A stretch of DNA of 12,682 nt from assembly GCA_050250255.1 (NCBI GenBank), contig JBFWOZ010000065.1:1-12682 (forward strand), in the 5' to 3' direction. The first letter of the stretch is position 1. Each line of letters starts with the position of its first letter. The notes beneath the pieces are model-generated. The model was not told where the DNA came from. It was given only the letters and a program-made list of their open reading frames with translations, and made no database searches. This DNA is from Bdellovibrionales bacterium. Lineage in GTDB: Bacteria > Bdellovibrionota > Bdellovibrionia > Bdellovibrionales > DASUEL01. The translations under genes were made by a program, and so were the position numbers. Shown piece after piece: positions 7,972 to 12,682 of this stretch.

Positions 7972-8718
7972 TTATAGCAGTTTATATTCGACATACGTAT
8001 TTACAGCCTGAAGCCAGGCCTCACAGTTAGCTTGAAGAGAAGTAATGGTATCAGAACTTACTAACTGTAATATTTGTGCATTAGCATCCTGGAAGCTTCC
8101 AAACAATGCACACTGAGTAACACCGAGCGAGATCAAATATTTTGCATTTTGTTTTGCCAGATTGTGATCTATTGTTTCAACAATATTTTCTCGTCTCCTC
8201 ACGCCATTTCCCAGATTGTCATTTTCCAAAATATTGAAATTCCATTCTTCTTTATGGCGAACGTAATTGCTGGCTATAACAATTGTTTCAGCCCAGAATT
8301 TATTTTTCTGCTTTGGACCAATCTTTAATAATTTGTCTGCCCATTTTTTGTGGTCTCTCCCCAATCTGTTGCTCAACGAATTAACATGCAGTTTACAGCA
8401 CTTCTGAAGCCATCTTGAAATTTGTATAATTAAGAGCTGATAGAGGATATCTTTTCTTTCCTCACTCTCTGTAAACTTTAGCAAAAATTTTTGATCTCTA
8501 AAACTTTCCGAAAACAATTCTTTGTTACTTAGGGTAGGATTCTTCTTCGAAACCCTCTTTGCAGCCATGAGAAAAGGCCTCTTTTTGGATCGTTCAATCT
8601 TTTCGACCTCTCGAAAAATAAAAGCTATCGAAGAAACAAACTCTTCAGCACTTCGCTGAGTTTGCTTATTCAACCATAATTCATGGATTATTAATCTTTG
8701 CTCTGGATTGAATGTCAT
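7972..8718 (-). CDS. Low-GC hypothetical protein, possibly HEPN-like
   Basis: Long open frame. Start re-called to ATG 8718 (GGGGAAG SD); 8775 is an alternative. Hand-sampled lines give roughly 35% GC versus roughly 50% in gcvT. Contains the motif TIVIASNYVRHKEEW. Confidence 0.75.
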   Translation of the reverse strand: MTFNPEQRLIIHELWLNKQTQRSAEEFVSSIAFIFREVEKIERSKKRPFLMAAKRVSKKNPTLSNKELFSESFRDQKFLLKFTESEERKDILYQLLIIQISRWLQKCCKLHVNSLSNRLGRDHKKWADKLLKIGPKQKNKFWAETIVIASNYVRHKEEWNFNILENDNLGNGVRRRENIVETIDHNLAKQNAKYLISLGVTQCALFGSFQDANAQILQLVSSDTITSLQANCEAWLQAVNTYVEYKLL

Positions 8719-8798
8719 AACTTCCCCGCGAAAAGGCTCATTCTTCTTGCTACTTATGCTTCCAGCTTCAATCATTCATTGCTTGGAATCCCGCGAAG

Positions 8799-8942
8799 CT
8801 GTGTTCTCTACTGAATTCTGTGCTGTATTCTGAAACATCCGGGATCCACGGATACGTGGTGCCTGAATCCTTGGATCCAGGATGATTCTGAACTCTATTT
8901 TTGAATACGTGAATTCATGTATTCGCGAATTCATGAATTCTT
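8799..8942. repeat. Array of degenerate 12-bp and 8-bp palindromic tandem repeats
   Basis: 12-bp period x3 (CTGTGTTCTCTA/CTGAATTCTGTG/CTGTATTCTGAA, 8799-8834). GGATCC-like units at about 8-bp spacing (8835-8880). Exact 8-bp period x5 (GAATACGT GAATTCAT GTATTCGC GAATTCAT GAATTCTT, 8903-8942). Confidence 0.8.
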
Positions 8943-8963
8943 GAGCGTCGCGAGACGCGACAT

Positions 8964-9047
8964 TGGTGCCCGGCGAGGGACTTGAACCCCCACGCCTTAC
9001 GGCACTAGATCCTAAGTCTAGCGTGTCTGCCATTTCACCAGCCGGGC
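8964..9047 (-). tRNA. tRNA-Leu (anticodon UAG), CCA encoded
   Basis: GCCCGGCTGGTGAAATGGCAGACACGCTAGACTTAGGATCTAGTGCCGTAAGGCGTGGGGGTTCAAGTCCCTCGCCGGGCACCA: acceptor stem, anticodon arm CTAGA-CTTAGGA-TCTAG, long variable arm and TTCAAGT T-loop. Confidence 0.98.
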
Positions 9048-9054
9048 AATAGAA

Positions 9055-9447
9055 CTATTTTTTTTCTTTCGAAATCAATTTTGTATATTCAGGAGCGCGA
9101 ATCAAATTCATCAATTCTTTTTCGCTATCCATCTCGATGCGAACAATCCAACCTTCGTTCATTGGATCATCGTTGATCGACGCAGGATCTTCACCAATTG
9201 AAGTATTCACTTCAATCACCGTTCCAGAAACAGGAGCCAACAAATCACTTACTGCTTTTACGCTTTCAACAACGCCGAAAGGTTCACTTTGAGTGACTTT
9301 TTGTCCTTCTTCAGGAAGTTCCACGTACACGACTTCACCCAAAGCTTTTTGGGCGTACTCTGTGATTCCAACGGTGACGATATTTTCATCCACGTGAGCC
9401 CACTCATGATCTCTCGTATAGTAGTAGTCTTCGCGTACGTTTGACAT
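9055..9447 (-). CDS. gcvH: Glycine cleavage system H protein
   Basis: YT.DHEW, VGITEYAQ..LGEVVYVELP, lipoyl-lysine motif VVESVKAVSDL, and NDDP..EGW. SD AAGGGAGA. Confidence 0.97.
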   Translation of the reverse strand: MSNVREDYYYTRDHEWAHVDENIVTVGITEYAQKALGEVVYVELPEEGQKVTQSEPFGVVESVKAVSDLLAPVSGTVIEVNTSIGEDPASINDDPMNEGWIVRIEMDSEKELMNLIRAPEYTKLISKEKK

Positions 9448-9520
9448 GATATCTCCCTTAACAATTCAACACTTATAACCATTCCCTATGCCACGAGGCA
9501 ACGGTGAAAACCCAAGTCTT

Positions 9521-10612
9521 TTACTTTTTTGGATTCACAAAGGGGGTTTTAACGACCACCGCCTTCGCCGGGCGGCCACGAATATCGATCCATAGCTCTG
9601 TACCCTCTACGCTTTGGGCTGTTGGTACGTAAGCAATCCCAATAGCTTCATTCAGGCTTGGGGAGAGCGTTCCACTCGTCACCACGCCTATTTTCTGCTT
9701 CGTGGCAGAAAGGACTGCGTATTCCCCCCTGGCGATCCCTTTATCCACCATTTTAAAGCCCACAAGCTTTTGGGAAGGGCCTTTTTCTTGGGTCGCGACC
9801 ATCAGCGATTTGCCGATAAAATCCCCTTTTTGAGGTTTTACCACCCACCCTAAGCCCGCTTCGATGGGATTGGTTTCGTCGGTGATTTCGTGTCCGTAAA
9901 GACTGTATTTCATCTCCGTACGAAGAGTGTCTCGCGCACCAAGACCGATCGGTTTCACTCCAAGGGGAGCTCCCACTTTTAAAAGTTCTCGCCAGAGAGC
10001 CACCGCGCCTTTGTTTTCAATGAAAACTTCGAAGCCATCTTCTCCGGTGTAACCGGTACAAGCGACTAAGGCACGCGCGCCCTGAAATTGAGTGTCCAAA
10101 AATTTAAAATATCCAAGCGAACTTAATGCTGATCCCAAAATTTTCGAAGTGAGTTCACGGGCCTTAGGACCCTGAATCGCAATTTGTGACCAATCGCCAC
10201 TCTCATCTTTTATCTCTGCACCTTTGTTATGCGCTCGCATCCACTTCTCATCTTTTTCGATGTTAGCGGCGTTCACGCACACCATGTACTCCTGCTCTTT
10301 GGTACAATAGATGATGATGTCGTCGACCAATCCACCTTTGTCGTTAGGAAGTAATGAATAGTGAGCCATCCCCGGCTTTAATTTTGAAACATCATTGGTG
10401 GTAAGCCATTGCAAACTCTCAAGCGCTTTAGGACCACGAAACCAAATCTCTCCCATATGAGAGACATCAAAAAGTCCCACAGCCGTGCGAACCGCATTAT
10501 GTTCCGCACGCAAACCTTCGTACTCCACCGGCATTTCGTAGCCCGCAAAAGGCACAATCTTGGCCCCTGCATTCACATGTTCTTCAAAGAGAAGTGTTCG
10601 TTTTAAGCTCAT
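9521..10612 (-). CDS. gcvT: Glycine cleavage system aminomethyltransferase T
   Basis: FAGYEMPVEY, GLFDVSHMGE, TGYTGEDGFE, GLGARDTLRTE and GVVTSGTLSPSL. The true start is MSLKRT at 10612, in an ATGA overlap with the folD stop and preceded by AAGGA. Confidence 0.97.
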   Translation of the reverse strand: MSLKRTLLFEEHVNAGAKIVPFAGYEMPVEYEGLRAEHNAVRTAVGLFDVSHMGEIWFRGPKALESLQWLTTNDVSKLKPGMAHYSLLPNDKGGLVDDIIIYCTKEQEYMVCVNAANIEKDEKWMRAHNKGAEIKDESGDWSQIAIQGPKARELTSKILGSALSSLGYFKFLDTQFQGARALVACTGYTGEDGFEVFIENKGAVALWRELLKVGAPLGVKPIGLGARDTLRTEMKYSLYGHEITDETNPIEAGLGWVVKPQKGDFIGKSLMVATQEKGPSQKLVGFKMVDKGIARGEYAVLSATKQKIGVVTSGTLSPSLNEAIGIAYVPTAQSVEGTELWIDIRGRPAKAVVVKTPFVNPKK

Positions 10613-11466
10613 GCGTCTTCCTTCATGCTCAATTCTGCAAGGAGAATTGTATTTTGTAATAACATTGTAATCGTCATAGGTCCTACTCCGCCAGGAACTG
10701 GAGTCGCGGCACTCGCCCAACCTTCCAGCTCATCAAAGCGCACATCTCCACAAAGTTTTCCACTCTCGAGCTTGTGAATTCCCACATCGATGACAACCGC
10801 CTCTTTTTTGAAATCCTCTTTTCCGAGAAGTCTCGGTTGCCCTGCCGCGACAACAACAATGTCCGCGCGACGAGTGTGGGACCGAAGATCTTTAGTTTTG
10901 GAATGACAAATGGTCACGGTCGCCTGAGCGTCCATCAAGAGTTGCGCCATCGGTTTACCAACAATTTGACTACGTCCTACAACCACAGCTTCGCGACCAG
11001 AAGTTGGAATTTTATAGTGTTCTAAGATTTTCATCACTCCGTGAGGAGTGCAGGGCTTCACTCGAGGCTGCCCTGTCCAGAGTAGGCCCATACTCCCTGT
11101 CGTTAAACCATCCGCATCTTTTTTTACATTGATCAACTCTGTGATTTGCTCTGAAGGAAGATGCTTGGGAAGAGGCAACTGGATCAAAATTCCGTGAACG
11201 TGAGGATCGCTATTTAACGTTTGTACAAGTTCCTTCACCTTCTCAAAAGAAGCATCTGCCGGAAGATCATAACGGAAAGATTTGATTCCAATTTCCGCGC
11301 AGCCTTTTTCTTTATTACCCACATAAACGTGGCTAGCGGGGTCATTTCCAACCAGCACCACAGCAAGCCCTGGAATTTTTCCATAAAGCTTCTGAAAGTT
11401 CGACACTTGGGACCGCATTTTTTCCCGCAAAGTCTTCGAGACTTCGCGGCCATCTAATTTCACCAT
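10609..11466 (-). CDS. folD: Bifunctional methylenetetrahydrofolate dehydrogenase/cyclohydrolase
   Basis: PGLAVVLVGNDPASHVYV..K, HGILIQLPLP, PCTP.G, VVGRSQIVGKP and TPVPGGVGPMT. Start MVKLDG at 11466 with an AGGAG SD. Confidence 0.97.
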   Translation of the reverse strand: MVKLDGREVSKTLREKMRSQVSNFQKLYGKIPGLAVVLVGNDPASHVYVGNKEKGCAEIGIKSFRYDLPADASFEKVKELVQTLNSDPHVHGILIQLPLPKHLPSEQITELINVKKDADGLTTGSMGLLWTGQPRVKPCTPHGVMKILEHYKIPTSGREAVVVGRSQIVGKPMAQLLMDAQATVTICHSKTKDLRSHTRRADIVVVAAGQPRLLGKEDFKKEAVVIDVGIHKLESGKLCGDVRFDELEGWASAATPVPGGVGPMTITMLLQNTILLAELSMKEDA

Positions 11467-11557
11467 GTGGCTCAAACTCCTTGAATCACAATAATTTCCC
11501 AGCCTCTCGCGTGTCATGCAACCGCTATTGCGTGTTGCCCTATGAAATCTTTACGGA

Positions 11558-11586
11558 TTGACGAATATTGTCATATTTAGTAGAGT
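11558..11586 (+). promoter_or_regulatory. Putative sigma70 promoter
   Basis: TTGACG (11558-11563), 17-nt spacer, TAGAGT (11581-11586). Predicted TSS about 11593. Confidence 0.65.
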
Positions 11587-11592
11587 AAGAAC

Positions 11593-11690
11593 TTCAATAG
11601 CCCGGTAAAAATTGGGCGGTAGAGCTCACCGGATCGAGCCTTCAAGTTGTCGTAGTAACAGTGGTAGTTGAACGGTCGATCTGACCAAGT
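11593..11690 (+). ncRNA. Candidate structured 5' leader or small RNA (unassigned family)
   Basis: Hairpin GCCCGGT-AAAA-ATTGGGC (11600-11617) and a long bulged stem at 11630-11683. Several pairs are G-U, which work only on the + strand. Confidence 0.4.
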
Positions 11691-11704
11691 AATGAAAAGG
11701 TGGA

Positions 11705-11920
11705 ATGATGGAAAAAGTAAAGATGTCGAAAGATGGGAACTCAATCAGTTTCGTACAAACAGAACAACTTCCACAATCTCCAAAGAAGTTTAGACAAAGT
11801 CCTGAGCTTGAAGGCTTTTACAGATTCATTTTCGAAAACGATATCCGTAAAGAAGCCGGCGACATTATTGAGCGTCTTTTAATGCAACGTAAAGCTTTGA
11901 AAACAAAAAAACGCGCTTAA
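11705..11920 (+). CDS. Small hypothetical protein with a basic C-terminus
   Basis: Has its own promoter, an AAAGGTGG SD (ATG at 11705 or 11708) and a terminator directly downstream. Protein-like composition (SPELEGFYRFIFENDIRKEA). Confidence 0.8.
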   Translation: MMEKVKMSKDGNSISFVQTEQLPQSPKKFRQSPELEGFYRFIFENDIRKEAGDIIERLLMQRKALKTKKRA

Positions 11921-11943
11921 TCTTTAAATAAAATTAAATTTAT

Positions 11944-11979
11944 AAAAATCCCAAGTCCACAAGCCTTGGGATTTTTTTT
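11944..11979 (+). terminator. Rho-independent terminator, probably bidirectional
   Basis: AAAAATCCCAAG-9 nt-CTTGGGATTTTTTTT. Confidence 0.85.
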
Positions 11980-12072
11980 GTCCGAAACACGTACAGCTTA
12001 AGCGCCGACTCTCATTCCTTACGACTCATGATCGTCCAGAGTTTGCTTTGCCTCCATCCCATGGAGGCAAAA

Positions 12073-12318
12073 ATGAAAATAATTAAAAATAACCGCGGTC
12101 AAAGTCTTATCGAATATCTCGTCTTAGTAGCACTTATGGGTATCGCAAGTATCGGTGTCGTGAAACTCATGAATCACACACTCAATGCGAAGTTCGCTCA
12201 AGTGGTCAATGCTCTCAACGGAAAAGACGAAACAGAAATTCAGACAGACAAAGTCACAGAGACCCACTACTCCCAAAAAAGTTTAGGCGACTTCTTTCAA
12301 GGTACAAGTACGAAATGA
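12073..12318 (+). CDS. Flp-family (Tad) pilin
   Basis: GGAGG SD before ATG 12073. Short basic leader, prepilin cleavage site RG|QSLIEY with E+5/Y+6 (the Flp motif), then a hydrophobic helix. Confidence 0.85.
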   Translation: MKIIKNNRGQSLIEYLVLVALMGIASIGVVKLMNHTLNAKFAQVVNALNGKDETEIQTDKVTETHYSQKSLGDFFQGTSTK

Positions 12319-12614
12319 GGAATCGTAAAGGCCAAGGCCTTCTCGAGTTTCTTGTAGGCTCGGGAGTCCTTCTACTTTTTATTCTTGTGAGCGCACCATG
12401 GTTTTACTTTGGTTTTACCAAACTTTGGGTTCGTCATTGTGCTTACGAAGCTCTGATTTGTCTTTTGGAACAACAGCCAACGGCCGCTTGCACCCAGCAA
12501 ATGAATCAGCGTCTTCTACAATTTTTAAAATTAGGCCAACTTGAAAAAAGTTGGTCTAAAAGATTTTCCGATAAAGTGAGTTCACGAGTGGAGTTTCGAA
12601 TTAACTCCCAATAG
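12315..12614 (+). CDS. TadE-like pseudopilin, possibly shortened by a premature TAG
   Basis: MRNRKG|QGLLEF followed by a hydrophobic helix. ATGA overlap with the pilin stop. Confidence 0.75.
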   Translation: MRNRKGQGLLEFLVGSGVLLLFILVSAPWFYFGFTKLWVRHCAYEALICLLEQQPTAACTQQMNQRLLQFLKLGQLEKSWSKRFSDKVSSRVEFRINSQ

Positions 12615-12649
12615 ATCGTGATCGAAGGAATGACAATGAGGTCCCTTCA

Positions 12650-12682
12650 ATGACTCAAAGAGGAAATAATTTTTTAATGACA
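12650..12682 (+). CDS. Start of a probable further pseudopilin-like gene (partial)
   Basis: GAGG at 12638-12641, then ATG 12650 giving MTQRGNNFLMT, open to the window edge. The RG is prepilin-like. Only 11 codons are visible. Confidence 0.45.
   Translation, partial: MTQRGNNFLMT

Noticed and set aside
8776..9033. 85-aa minus-strand ORF MADTLDLGSSAVRRGGSSP...
   Set aside because: It is a spurious translation of tRNA-Leu plus the octamer repeat array.
10613..10720. N-terminal extension of GcvT in the ORF track (similarly 11467-11517 for FolD and 12028-12072 for the pilin)
   Set aside because: Downstream ATGs have good SD sequences and match family N-termini, and the GcvT extension overlaps folD.
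9258..11457. Short alternative-frame and antisense ORFs within gcvH, gcvT and folD (and likewise within 4585-8328)
   Set aside because: They lie wholly or largely within well-supported genes and show no independent coding signals.
11598..11635. tRNA-like fragment (TAGC...GGTAGAGC)
   Set aside because: No T-arm, acceptor stem or proper D-arm spacing.
11467..11700. THF, ZTP or glycine riboswitch upstream of folD-gcvT
   Set aside because: The minus strand lacks the conserved motifs I recall for these families, and the visible stems rely on G-U pairs that form on the + strand.

Overview
Bacterial chromosomal window, probably Bdellovibrionota-like (inferred from gene content only). The left third is one very long minus-strand gene that runs off the window edge and is therefore missing from the ORF track. 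It encodes a cytoplasmic poly-HAMP sensor protein (11 x 92-aa repeats followed by a GAF domain), very probably a group III-like hybrid histidine kinase. The middle is a patchy accessory zone (4.5-8.95 kb) containing a beta-barrel OMP, a DUF748/AsmA-like protein, a YbaN-family gene, a CsgG-like gene lying between two divergent 5'-truncated gene remnants (truncated-globin-like and DUF2200), and a low-GC orphan with a HEPN-like NxxxH motif. That orphan is preceded by a dense array of degenerate palindromic 8- and 12-bp repeats directly behind tRNA-Leu(UAG). The right part is core genome: a folD-gcvT-gcvH-tRNA-Leu operon, a small gene with a clean sigma70 promoter and a structured ~110-nt leader, and the start of a Flp/Tad pilus cluster whose second gene appears to carry a premature TAG. 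No integrase, transposase or CRISPR array is visible. All family assignments come from motif recognition by eye, not from database searches.
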